Of a stretch of DNA of 64,000 bases, positions 52,701-64,000 are shown piece by piece. Position 1 is the first letter of the stretch. Each line of letters opens with the position of its first letter. The translations under genes and the position numbers were made by a program. Below the pieces are notes generated by a model. It worked only from the letters and a program-made list of their open reading frames with translations. It made no database searches and was not told the origin of the DNA. The stretch is taken from the NCBI GenBank assembly GCA_965112735.1, contig OZ218960.1, positions 2,108,001-2,172,000 of the forward strand, in the 5' to 3' direction. This DNA is from Phaeosaccion multiseriatum. Its lineage: Eukaryota > Protista > Ochrophyta, other classes.

Positions 52701-53703
52701 TTATTTTTTAACTCCGCCCGTATACTCGGGAGGCAGTTGGAAGCTTTGTGCCGCCATGTTCTTTGCGAATATCCTGCCTGTCAAGGGCATTAGCTCCCAG
52801 TAGAGATGTAAGGTCACATCGGTGTCTCGCAGTCCCGCGCCCTTGTCGATGAGCCCATACTCTATAAACGTGTTGCCTAGCTTCAACTCCAAATCGTCGT
52901 GTCGCTCCACGACTTTGTCCCATAATATGACTTGGTTGAGCGGACTACCTTCTGTCTTGTACTCGGCACAGACGAACACGAAGAGCTGGGGGGTTGTTGC
53001 AGTGGACACGAGGCACGAGAGAGCGAAACGTCAGGATAAGGACAGAGACTGGATAAGGCACAACCTCCCTCCCTCCCTCCGCCCCACCATCTCTTACCTG
53101 CTTTATATTCCAATTAAATGCCCCTGCCAGATTTGCGTGTAGGTCGAAGTTGAAAAGCGCGCGGTCGTCCCCTCCTTGTGTCCTAAACGAGCGAATCTTG
53201 CTCACGCCGAGCTTGCCAATCGTTGGAGCATCTATAGAGGCACGTAGAGATAAGAGGGGGGGAGGGGTGAGAAGACAGAAACACACACAAGAGGAGGATA
53301 CGCAAAGAGGCACAGAGGGAAAGACACACACACGCAGACAGAGGGATGGAGGGAGCAGCGGGAAAGAGAGAGACAGAGAGCAAGGTCGAAGAGGGAAACG
53401 AGGGAAAAGAAGGGTTGCCATTCGCAGGACCTCCCCTCTTTCTGTCCGCCATCACTCTCCATGGTACCATATACAGCAAGAAAGACGTGCAGGGTCCCCG
53501 CAGCAGTGCTTACCGTGATGGAGGTATGTGCTGACAGCAGTCAAGCTCGCCAGGATGAGAAGTACTGTCAAGCACGGGGAAAAGGGTGTGTTAAAGACCA
53601 ATTAGGCTGAGAACACTTGACAACGGAGCGTTCAATGCGATGCACTCCTACCTGTTAGTCCAAAGAAAACCACAGCATTGAGCCGGATCAAGGCACTGTG
53701 CAT
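52701..53703 (-). CDS. SPCS3: Signal peptidase complex subunit 3 (SPC22/23), 4 exons
   Basis: MHSALIRLNAVVFFGLT; FDLHANLAGAFNWNIKQLFVFVCAEY..NQVILWDKVV..YGLIDKGAGLR..LYWELMPLTG. Confidence 0.95.
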
Positions 53704-53834
53704 GATGTATCTGAGGGGCGGGCTGAAAGGAGGAGTAAAGTATGGGGGGGGGGGGGGGGAGATGGATTGTTAAAAGGCCATTTTTTATTTTTTTTTTTAT
53801 TTTTTTTTTGGGGACTTTTCACCTCCTAACTCGA

Positions 53835-54136
53835 TGCTACCTGGTACCGCCGGCGTCAGCCACCGCGCTACCTGCTACCGCCGGAGCCCGTCGGCGTATA
53901 CACTGAGTCGGCATATGCACTGCTGCTACCGCCGGTGTCAGCCGGCCTTGACCTGCTACCGGCCGACCGGCCGGCCGGCCAACCATCAGCTGCCACCGCC
54001 GGCGTGAGCTCCCTGCTATCGTCGGCGTCAGCTGGCGTGCTACGTGCTACCGGCCGGTCGCCAGTAGTGTGCCACCGGGTCCGGAGGGCCTGGTAGCATG
54101 TTACCGAGAATCGCTCGGTAGCACGTCAGGGGTCGA
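53835..54136. repeat. Dispersed GC-rich repeat (GCTACC type), copy 2, ending in TIR-like CACGTCAGGGGTCGA
   Basis: High similarity to 18320-18515; its right end matches the MITE terminal repeat. Confidence 0.85.
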
Positions 54137-54386
54137 CAGGACAAGGTTCCCCGCGGGTTGACCAGGTTCCAGCCGGCGCCAGCCCACCAGGTTCCAGGTT
54201 GCGGAACCTTGTCGGGGGCCGAGAATTTCCTCATTCTTCTCCCCCCCAGCCGGGGAGACTAGTTCAAGACCGTGCAACAAGGTGTTTCGCCTAGGAGCCG
54301 TTTTCTACCTTCCTCCTGCTGTGGGGGGGGGGGGGGGGGGGCAGCCAGCCATGCCCTTGAGTGTGTGTGCTTTTCCAAATACTATT

Positions 54387-56045
54387 TCACGTCGTTCGAG
54401 TCTCGTGGAGACATTCGCGGAGAGAGGGGGGGCAAGGTTGGGGGTTTGGGGAGTGCCCTTTGGCTCCATCGTGTCGGCTTGTGAGGGATTCACACTCATG
54501 GCCGTCATCGCTATACTTCCTTTCAGAAAAATGCGACTTTGAAGCTCGAGGACTCGCAGAGAGAGGCTCTAACACAACATCCCGCCCTGGCGATCGAGAG
54601 CGGGGCATCTGGCGACCCCCTGCTGTCCGCTTAGAGTAGCCAGTCTTGTCGCCCGCACAATCCAGATCGCTAAAGGTTCCATCGCCAGAATACTCGGAGG
54701 GCCTCCCTCTTTTTGGCTGGTCCAGTGCCTCCAAAGACCGCTTCGAGGGCTTTCCCTCCGCGCGCTCCTCCGGAAGGGCAAGGTGTTTCAGCCTACGCGG
54801 GGAAGAAGGCTCGGTTCGAGGAGACGATGCCGACGGCAACGCACGCGCTACTGGCTGCAAGTCAAGGATGGTCAAGTTCCTCACTCGCAGCCAACAGTGG
54901 CTAAAGATTTCTGGCACCGAAGCCCTCTCGTTTGGATCAAGCTTCAGCATACGGTTGACAAGGTCTTTGGCTTCTGGCGAAATGTCGAGGTTGTCATCCA
55001 TCTTATACTGACCCTGCAGTATTCTCTGCCGAATAACCGACTCCATGGGTTGCTCGTCGCTGCTCAAATCTGATCTTTCGAACGGCAAGCGCCCGCACAG
55101 CAGGGCGAAAAGAATGACTCCCATGGCCCACACATCCAGAGGAGGGCCAGCGTTGCTGGTCCCGTGGAACACCTCTGGTGCTTGATAGCTCAGCGTACCA
55201 CAATTTGTGCGGACCGTCGCGCCCGGACGGTAAAAGTCGCTCAAGCCAAAGTCTGCTATCTTCACCCCATCTGCCAGCGAGTTCTTCTTCTTTAAAAGAA
55301 TGTTGTCAAGCTTCATATCGCGGTGGCAGATGTGCTGATTATGGGCATAGCCCACAGCACTCATAACAATGTGGAAGATCGATCTTGCCTCGTCCTCCTC
55401 CAACCGCTGGTCAGGCAAAGCGGAAAGATAGTGAAACATGTCGCCCCCTTCCATCAGCTCGAAGGCCAGCACAACATACTGCGGCGAGTCAATATGCTGG
55501 AGAAGTCTTATGATTCCAGGGTGCTTCAGGGAGGTCAGACATTGTATCTCCGTCGTAGTCCTCTCCGCAGCTCCCATATTGGCAATCTCGCTCTTTGCCA
55601 GAAATTTCAACGCCACCTTTTCTCCCGTCAGCATGTGGTCTCCCACCCTCACCTCCCCAAAGCCACCTTTCCCCAGAAATCCCTTCACCGTGAATCCCCC
55701 CACGAGCTCCGGGAGGCCTGAGGCTTGCAAGTCGTGCTCGTCTTCGCCCACCCGCTTAGAGACTGTCGGTGCTGCAAAATCTGCTCCGTTTGATACAAAA
55801 ATAATGGCATCGTCTTCCAACATCATAACGTCTGTCACCTCCAAGCCATCGCTATTAAAAACGCGATGAGGTGTGGAGGCCAGGTCTAGTCTCTGTTGGG
55901 CTGCGTTCAGCAAGTCATCAAGGCCCCAGCCCTCTCCGATCTGAAGAGCTTTCCAATCGTCTATTTTCCCATTCAGGTGGACCCTCACATGCTTCTGCCT
56001 GATCCTACTGCTGATATTCCCAAACTCTGACTCGTCCTCCAACAT
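54387..56045 (-). CDS. AMPK/MARK-related Ser/Thr kinase with N-terminal KHA/doublecortin-like domain
   Basis: LGKGGFGEV, VALK, HRDMKLDN, DFG, TNCGTLSYQAPE; N-terminal RVHLNG..LDDLLNAAQQRL..RVFNSDGLEVTDVMMLEDDAIIFVS. Confidence 0.9.
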   Translation of the reverse strand: MLEDESEFGNISSRIRQKHVRVHLNGKIDDWKALQIGEGWGLDDLLNAAQQRLDLASTPHRVFNSDGLEVTDVMMLEDDAIIFVSNGADFAAPTVSKRVGEDEHDLQASGLPELVGGFTVKGFLGKGGFGEVRVGDHMLTGEKVALKFLAKSEIANMGAAERTTTEIQCLTSLKHPGIIRLLQHIDSPQYVVLAFELMEGGDMFHYLSALPDQRLEEDEARSIFHIVMSAVGYAHNQHICHRDMKLDNILLKKKNSLADGVKIADFGLSDFYRPGATVRTNCGTLSYQAPEVFHGTSNAGPPLDVWAMGVILFALLCGRLPFERSDLSSDEQPMESVIRQRILQGQYKMDDNLDISPEAKDLVNRMLKLDPNERASVPEIFSHCWLRVRNLTILDLQPVARALPSASSPRTEPSSPRRLKHLALPEERAEGKPSKRSLEALDQPKRGRPSEYSGDGTFSDLDCAGDKTGYSKRTAGGRQMPRSRSPGRDVVLEPLSASPRASKSHFSERKYSDDGHECESLTSRHDGAKGHSPNPQPCPPSLRECLHETRTT

Positions 56046-56461
56046 CGTACCAAGAGGGCCGCCGTAGCGAACATAGAGCAGAGAGCATTCAATTTTTTTT
56101 TCTGTAACGTCGAAATTGGCGTTTCAACCTGTGACTTGAGGCTCTCCCCCTATCCCGCTTTTGGCAGTGTGCCTGACTACCCTGCCCCCTTGCTTTTGGC
56201 GTGTCCTTTGGACAAGTAGGTATGTGATGGAGGAGTGGGGTGAGAGATGCACGGGGCTCTCCCGTGGTCCTCCAAGTTTGAAGACTGGGAAGATTGAAGG
56301 ACCGGGGGGGGTTCACAGCTCATTTTTTCTGCATCCTCTTCCCCTGCGTTCCCAAGCAGTGTTTATTGAGCCAGACATACAGAAGGCACTCTAGATTGTC
56401 TCGATGGAAAACTCATAGAGACTCTTGGAAACGAAGGAGAGTTGTCCGCGCTGCAGGAGCC

Positions 56462-58082
56462 ATGGGCGTCTGCATTTCGTCGCTCACCCCTGAGGAGAGG
56501 GAGGCCGTACGCCGCAACCGAGAGGTGGAGATGGCAAACGCGGAAGGATTCCAAAGGTTCGTCATAAGTCTCTCGTCGTTGTCACTGTTGAGAAGGGTTG
56601 AATCGATTGCTTGACGCGAGGATTTTGACTTTCTGCCACGATGCCAACAGAGACTCCAAGACCATAAAGCTGTTGCTACTGGGGGCTGGATCTTCGGGGA
56701 AGTCTACAATATTCAAGCAGATGAAGGTTCGTGGTGCGTCAAGGTGACAAAGAGCTATTGGGACAAGCTTTCGGGCCTGATCTGACCCATCTCCTCCCCC
56801 GTTGGCTCTCGGCTCAACCCTGCTTGTTCGATGCTGTGGGCTTTGCAGCTTCTTCATGGTGTTATATCGGAGAAGGAGCGGCAGACCTTTACAACGGTCA
56901 TGTACACCAACGCGGTTGACTCGATGAAAACCCTTGTGACAAAGGCAGAGCATCTAGGATATCGCGACAGCCTGACAGAAGAGGCGAGTAAAAGAAGCAG
57001 AGGGAGGAGGGCGTGCCGCCTCTTACTGTGCTGATAATCCCACGTCCTGTTACCTCGCAGGGCAAGGCCGCAGTAGCCGTCCTTGACGAAGCGTCACCCG
57101 GCAAAAAGGTTGGGGAGGAGTTGGGGGGCGCTATCAAAACACTCTGGTTAGAGAATGCCATACAAATGACATTCGAGAGGAGGTCGGAGTTTCAGCTCTG
57201 CGACAGCGCTCAATACGTGTTGAAAGAGATAGACCGTATAATGCAGGTGAGGAAGCGGTGGCATATATGTACACATACGTATACACAGGAGCCCTGCATG
57301 ACGCCACTTTTCTCTGTGTGGCCTCAGGACGATTACGTAGCCTCCGTCACAGATGTGTTGCACGCCCGAGTGCGGTCATCGGGCATCGTAACCGAGTGTT
57401 ATAAAATCAATGGTTCCCTGTTCGAAATGTACGATGTCGGCGGGCAAAGGAACGAGCGTCGGAAATGGATTCACTGTTTCGACGACGTGAGCGCCGTCAT
57501 CTTCGTCGTCGCGATTAGCGAATTCGACCAAACGCTCTTCGAAGACCCAGACACGAATCGGTGAGTGCCGATCATGGGGGTGGGCAGAGAAAGGCTCTGG
57601 ATGTGTTTCAGGCAAGCGCCCTGCTGCTGCTCGGCCCCAAAGCTGCTGTACCCGTCTCGGGTGGGCCCCTTCAATTTATGTTTTGAGGCGTTTGAGCCTT
57701 ACCCAGTCCCCCCCTCCTTGCTTGCTTCCTCAGCATCGTTGAGGCTATCCACCTCTTTCGAGACATTTGCAACAACCAAGCCTTCATGAGCAGCAGCATG
57801 ATTCTCTTCCTGAACAAGAAAGACCTGTACTACGAAAAGATTGAGCGGAAAGCCATCGCCTCTGTGAAGGAGTTTAGCGACTATGACGGCCCAGAGCATG
57901 ACCGAGACGCTGGCATTGAGTTCTTCCTCCGGAAATTCTTGGAGGTCAATGAGAATCCCGGGCGGCGAATCTACCACCATGTTACCTGTGCAACAGACAC
58001 GCATAACGTCAATCATGTGTTCAACATCTGTGTGGACATGATTGTCAGATCATCACTGAATGACAGTGGTTTCGTTGTGTAA
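56462..58082 (+). CDS. Heterotrimeric G-protein alpha subunit, 6 exons
   Basis: MGVC myristoylation/palmitoylation start; [14 protein letters not shown]; ARVRSSGI; [16 protein letters not shown]; ILFLNKKD; HVTCATDT. Confidence 0.97.
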
Positions 58083-58138
58083 ACAAATGGATAGGATAGA
58101 GACACGAGAATGATCAAACATTATGTATATTGTCTACC

Positions 58139-59217
58139 CTATGCCCAGAATGGGTCGTCCTCGACTTTCCCATCATCTTCTTCGTCTTGTACATCCGCAT
58201 CTTCCTCCTCTCCGCTCCCAACCATGGCAGACGCCGGCTTGTTGGGCTTTACGACGTCTGAGACATCGACTTCTTCCCCTTTCGACCAGAAGCCCTCCAA
58301 ATTGTAGTATGCCCTTGACTTGGGGGTCATGATGTGCACAATAAAGTCCCCGTAATCAAGAAGAATCCAGCCGGATTCGGCCGTTCCTTGCTCCACTCCC
58401 TTTCTTCCGTGTACCTCTTCCATCTGGTCCACAATATTCTGTGTGGCAGCGTCACGGCGAGAGAGGACGACGCGTTATGCTCCAAGAGAGAGAGACTACA
58501 CAGACTACATAACAGCGGAGCCTTCTCCAACATACCTGCGCAATAGCCTGGTTTTGAGGCCTACTGTTTCCAACAAGGAAGAGCATGAAGTCCGTAACAA
58601 CAGTCATGTGCCCGACCTTCAAGCACACAATGTCCTCGGCCTTCCGCGCATCAGCAGCAGCGACAGCAGTGAAGATATTTTCCAAAGTTTTCTCCTCGTC
58701 CACCAGGGGACCGACCATTTCAACCTGCCCGTGCGTGAAAAAAAGGGCGTAGCATGGAGGCAAGGCAGTCAGCCCCAGCAGAGTGACGGGCAGAGAGATT
58801 GGACTCTACAGAGTATACTCGCGGGCAGCAGCAGTTCACAGGAGAGAGAGAGTATAGTCCAAGTTCCAAGTGCTGCCTGACCTGTTTCGTCGACATTCCT
58901 TCCTGTAGAGCCCGCTTCCGCTCCTCCTTCGACCCCCTAGCCTCCTCAGCAGCCATCATCATTCGCGCAGAGGATTTCGCCTCCCTTTGACACCTCACTT
59001 GACAAGCACCCATCGGCTGTGGTCGTACGAGCCCTCTAGGTAGGATTCGCAGCTCTTGCTTCTCCTGCTGCTGCTGCCGCTGCAGTTGCTGTGCCGGCCC
59101 TCGGTGGTACATTGAACAGCTGGGGCTGCCCCCAATGAAAGCTTCAACTCCGCGAAGCGGAGCAGCCGCCACAACCATACATGCCAGTATCCACCCACCG
59201 GAGGTTCTCCCTATCAT
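58139..59217 (-). CDS. rsfS: Ribosome silencing factor RsfS/Iojap, probably plastid-targeted, 3 exons
   Basis: AADARKAEDIVCLKV..TDFMLFLVGNSRPQNQAIA..GTAESGWILLDYGDFIVHIMTPKSRAYYNLEGFW; signal peptide ending VEA-FIG (ASAFAP-like). Confidence 0.92.
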
Positions 59218-60049
59218 ACTACTATGCTCTCGGGTGCATAGACAAGTGAGCGTGGAGAAGAGGAAGAGAGGAATCCATGTGTGTGGTTCCCTCATTTACA
59301 CCTTCCACTGCCATCCGGAAAAGTGTTTTTCTTTTTCTTTTTTCCTTCTCTTCTCTCCTCCCCCCCCTCTTCTCCTTCCCCTCCTTTATCTTCTCTCCTG
59401 CAGACTTCGAGTCTTTCGCCTTCCCACCCACTTCCCCCACGCGGCAGCCGATTTCCTGCATGGATGACCTGCAGGCCCAGGCCAACATGATGTTTTTTTT
59501 GCTTCCCTGCTTCTTCCACACCCGCCCGTCGTTTCCTGCACCTTCTCCTCTCCTGTGCCGCCCACCCACTTCCTTCAGGCGGGCCGATTTCCTGCATGGA
59601 TTTTCTTATCCACTCCGTTATCTGGAGACGCATCGCAGCCAGACCAACCCCCTCCTCCTCCTCCCGCCGAGTCTTTCCACATCCTGCACTCGCCATTTGT
59701 GAGTCCCTACTTTTGCTCTTCCCCTCCTGCCTCGCCTCCCCCTTTCACGTTCCTCTCCTCCACTCTCCCTTCTCCCACTTCTTGCCAACTCCAACCCTCT
59801 TCTCTCCTCCTCCTCCTCCTCCTCCCTGCCGAGGGCGCAGCCCGAAGCACCACCTTGTAAAAAGTAACGTTTTTGTTAATCTCCTTCAAATCCCCCTCTC
59901 CTTGTTTCTCCTCCCGCTCATTACTCACTTCTCCCCTTTCCCCTTTCTCTCTCTCTCTCTCTCTCTCTTCTACCTCTGTGGCTATACTATTATGTACTGC
60001 ACCATCCCTCCCCAACCCCCCCAGCCTATATCCCCCCCCCCGTATGTGG

Positions 60050-61610
60050 CTACTTGTAGCCAGCCTCCACGCGGTCAACAAGATGGGGATTGCCAATAAT
60101 GATAGGACACCGCTCGTGGATTGTCTTGGGCACGATCTCCAGGACGCGTTGGATTGACCCATTGAACATACCCGTAGAGGCCTTCCCTCCCGCCTGCTCG
60201 ATGATCAAAGCCATCGGAAAGCCCTCGTACAGAACACGGAGCTTGCCTGTAGTGAGAGAGAGAGGGGGAGAAGGTGGCGGTATGGTTGATGGTTACAGTC
60301 TCACTATACAGGCATTTTACAGTGTGTATGGCTAGAGCATCACCACTCACCCTGGGTGGACCGCTTGTCGGCTGGATACAAGAATACACCTCCGTAGAGG
60401 AGCGTGCGATGGACATCAGACACCATGGATCCGACGTATCTGGCAGCGAAAGGCTTGGGCAGCTCAGTCTTGAAGCCAACTACAGCAGTCTTTATGGCCT
60501 CGTCCCACGACTCCGAGTTGCCCTCATTGCAAGAGTATATACGCTACAGACGAAGGAAGGAAGGAAGGAAGGAAGGAAGGAAGGAAGGAGACCAGTCAGG
60601 CGATGAGGGCAAGCCCGCGTTCACAAATCGAGCTCACACCCCAATAAAGTACTGAGAGCCCACAAGCAAGTACCAGGAGGGGAGAGACAGACACTCCACC
60701 CAAATCCAGCTTCCTCCACCCTCCTCACCTTTGGCTCAGAGGGGATCTGGCAATCTCCAGCCACGTGAATGAATTCGCCGAGCGAGGGGTCCAGCGTGAA
60801 TCTATGTACGCCACTCCCATAAAACGTAACTACCATCTCTGTCGCACTGCCGTACATGCAGTAGCCCGCCACCTTAATGTCAATACCAGCACGGAGAACG
60901 TCATCCATGCTGCCCACTGATGCCGTCGACTTTCGCTCGTAGACAGCAAAGATTGTGCCAGTGGACACGTTGCAGTCAATGTTGCTAGAACCGTCGAGGG
61001 GGTCGAAGGCAACGCAGTACTTCCCCGTGTGGGCCTCATCCACAATGATGGGGTCCTCGTTCTCCTCTGACACAAGGACTGCGCACACGTGAGACATCTG
61101 TAGCGAGCGAGGGACAAAAGGGAGGGAGGGGAGGACAATCAAACAAATTAGCCGAAAAGGAGCCAAAAAAATATAAAGTCTACTCCACCACAACAACGAC
61201 TCCTGTATGCCCTTCTCACCGATAGCGCATTGATCATAATGTCGTTCGACAGCAGGTCCAGCTTCTTGACTTGGTCTCCAGTACTGTTCTCCGCCCCGGC
61301 CAGTCCGTACAAGCCCGCAATGCCTGGAAAGTCAAGAGTTGAAGAAAGCCGGCAAGAGCTCGTCGTCAGCACAACCTCTCCCCCGCTACCGCTGCCGCCA
61401 ATCCAGTGCCAACGAGCAAGGCACTACGACTGCCCGTCACACGATCGACGCACCAGCTTTGCGCACAGCGCGGGTGATGGACTTGCATGAAAGCTGGAGA
61501 GCATTCATCAAAATCGTGAGCTCGTGATCTTTCGTCTCCGACATGACAAAGCTCGACAGGGTAGCGTGAGACACATCCGTCTTCAGCTGGTCGGGGTCGA
61601 AAGAAGCCAT
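60050..61610 (-). CDS. FBP: Fructose-1,6-bisphosphatase class I (likely cytosolic), 5 exons
   Basis: [75 protein letters not shown]; no evident targeting peptide. Confidence 0.96.
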
Positions 61611-61775
61611 CCTGCTGCCTCAGGGTATAGAGAGAGAAGACGAAGGTTGCTCTATACAAACGCGTACGATTTCACAAAAAAAGTGGGCGCAGAAACCCGC
61701 AGCCCCATCCCCCGGGGGCCCAGCGAGGGGGCGGCTACGGGCTCGGCATTGAGCACCTCCCCCACCCGGGCGACA

Positions 61776-62714
61776 ATGGTGAGTAGAAGCTGATGATGCA
61801 GCAGCAGCGGTAGCAGTAGTGGCGGCGGCAGCAGGGGTGGCAGGTGGGACCGTCGCAGGGGAAAAGTAGCGGGGGCACTTGGCAGTCTTGGCGAGGGAGG
61901 AGGAGCAGCTGGCTGCTACACCAGGACAAGCAGACACCAGACGCCAGCGGCACCAGCAGCAGCAGAAAAGGCGTCTTCACCGCGTGCGAGTTATCGCTGA
62001 GAGTGAACGGCGTTGAGGAGGGGGGAGGGGATTACTTTGCGTGACTGGAAAGGGTGGGAGGATTGGGTCGGGAGGGGTGTTATCAAGGGCAGGTATACAA
62101 GCGGACAGAAGAGGGTATGGGGGCTCTGCTGCTGTGGAACTCGCAAGAAAAGAGAAGGCTCGGAGTTGAGGTCCACTGGCGGCTGGTGGCGCGAAAGTGG
62201 GGATGTCTAGGCTCTCGCTCTCGCAGGGCCTTGGGGGATGAGGAAATCACGTATTGAGAGCGAGCCCCTTCTCCAGGAGAAGGCAACGCAAAACTAACAT
62301 GACACGCGGGCAGCGCGGTTGATTTCGTTCGTGGAGGGAAGAGGGGCAACGTAAGACTGACTGCCTGACTAAATTGGCTAACCTTTTCCCTTTTCCCTCT
62401 CTCTTCTGCTTGCCAAACTCTCTTTCGCCTTCCGAATACAGACGAAGGGAACATCGAGTTTCGGTAAGCGCCACACCAAGACTCACACGGCGTGCAGGCG
62501 ATGTGGACGCACGTCTTTCCATAAACAGAAGAAGATATGCTCTTACTGCGGGTACCCTGGGGCCAAAATGCGTCGGTTCAACTGGAGTGAGAAGGCGAAG
62601 CGCCGTAACACTGAGGGCACTGGACGTATGCGTCACTTGAAGACTATGCCCCGTCGCTTCAAGAATGGTTTCCACGAGGGAAAGACCGCAACGAAGGTGG
62701 TGAAGAGCACATGA
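61776..62714 (+). CDS. RPL37: 60S ribosomal protein eL37; ATG-only first exon and 663-nt intron
   Basis: ACAATG/GTGAGT at 61776; exon 2 from 62442: [54 protein letters not shown]. Confidence 0.95.
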
Positions 62715-63103
62715 TTTTCCGTCCGAACCATTCTGCTCTAGGAGGAGAAGGAGAAGGGGGGGGGAGGAGATAACCAATTCAAAGCTCGAATATCACCAAG
62801 GACAAATTTTCTGGCTCTTCCCCTGGAGGGCAAAGAAGAGCGAAGGCATGTGTTTCGTCAGCGTGTGGGACAGCTGCCGTGCGCAACGAAACTCGAAGGA
62901 GGGAGCTGGGGGAGGGATGTGGACAGTGTGATGACCGCACAAGACGGAGGCATGGTTCAGCCGCTCAATCATCAATCAAAGCGGCTCACAACGCTAGTGG
63001 CGGTGCGGTGGACTGAGTGGTCTCTCATTTAGAGGGGTTGATGCTACCAAAACTGCCTACCTACTGGGAGGAGCGCCTCTTCTCCCCTTTCGTGTCTGTT
63101 TCA

Positions 63104-63225
63104 ACGTGGAGCAATCAGTCAGCGTGCTGCCAATCAGCGGCAGCCCCCAGTCAGGGAGCGCATGACGTGGAGCAATCAGTCAGCGTGCTGCCAATCAGCG
63201 GCAGCCCCCAGTCAGGGAGCGCATG
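63104..63225. repeat. Perfect 61-bp tandem duplication
   Basis: ACGTGGAGCAATCAGTCAGCGTGCTGCCAATCAGCGGCAGCCCCCAGTCAGGGAGCGCATG occurs twice head-to-tail. Confidence 0.95.
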
Positions 63226-64000
63226 CTACTCTCCTCCATGCCTGTGTGTCCCTACCGTACCGTCTGCCAAACTCCTTCTCTCGGGTAGATGAAGGCACGT
63301 TAGGGCCGCCCTCCATGCCGGAAAGGTCTCCCCACTTCCCCTCTGATATCGTATCCTTCCTTCTCCGGAGGGCATCTTCTCCCTTGCGCCCCGCGCTTCT
63401 CCATTAACTGCCCCCCTGCCTGCGAGAAACACTGTCTTGGCAAAGGCGGGCTCGATCCAAACCCGGTGCCTATCGAGAGGTCTCCTCCCTTGAAGTTGGG
63501 GGGGGAACTATTCATTGAAAATGTGCCGCCAGGAGAGCCGCGGAAACGATTAGCGTCTCCAACGGAGTGCCGCCCTCCCCGTATACATGCTCCACCCCCA
63601 ACCCCCTTCGCGCCCCCCACCCATGTCCTCCATGCGCCGCATGCGCACCGCCCAGCCCCAACGCCCCCTGTCCTGCTCCGATCTTTGTCTTCGGTTCTTG
63701 AGGAATCCACCCACAGCAGAGGACCGTCCCTGTCTCCTCTCACCAGCAGCTTCCTCAATGGGGGCAGTGGTGGAATCCAGGAGGGGATTTTCCGGCACGC
63801 ATAGCCATCCCATCCTCGCGGTTCTCCTGTGGATGGCGGGGGAGAAGAGAGAGAGCAAGGGGGAGGTGGCGGGCACCACTTGCTGCGATCCTACACCCTG
63901 CCCAGCATATGCCCCCCTGCCACTGATCCAAGAGGGGTGGAGCCTGTTCAATCCCCATTTGCTCATGATTGCTCCTGTGGATCTCTTCTCTTCTTCTGGG

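Noticed and set aside
59446-59601. Duplicated GCCGATTTCCTGCATGGAT in the RsfS/FBPase spacer
   Set aside because: Only two short copies in low-complexity DNA; no further support for function.
61735-61980. Signal-peptide-like N-terminal extension for FBPase
   Set aside because: No ATG in that frame; the region is antisense to the RPL37 first exon and intron.

Overview
Gene-dense, intron-rich eukaryotic nuclear DNA from a flagellated stramenopile, very probably an ochrophyte alga (mastigoneme protein, aureochrome-type bZIP-LOV gene, an ASAFAP-like plastid-targeting presequence). About 28 protein-coding genes can be reconstructed, mostly by manual splicing: mastigoneme protein (partial), bystin, ARM-BTB protein, aureochrome-like protein, mL43, C2-TM-lectin-like protein, GPI-anchored C-type lectin, CNOT4, CstF64, NF-YC, ADF/cofilin, SEC13, SPEF2, organellar RecA, DYNC2LI1, SF-assemblin, SAPS/PP6R, TM9SF, DnaJ-ankyrin-UBA protein, SPCS3, an AMPK-related kinase, G-alpha, RsfS/Iojap, FBPase, RPL37 and several hypotheticals. 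Genes alternate strand almost strictly, with very small convergent gaps, and a GC-rich MITE-like repeat family sits at the few head-to-tail junctions. Best discovery candidates: (1) a 10-exon gene at 20445-23896 whose spliced product looks like polyQ + putative winged helix + STAT/SHK-type linker-SH2; (2) an aureochrome whose LOV domain has lost the flavin photochemistry residues; (3) the TIR-bounded repeat family carrying TGACGT motifs; (4) a possible poison exon in RPL37. All domain calls come from recognising motifs by eye; no searches were run, and exon boundaries are inferred from splice signals and reading-frame logic.
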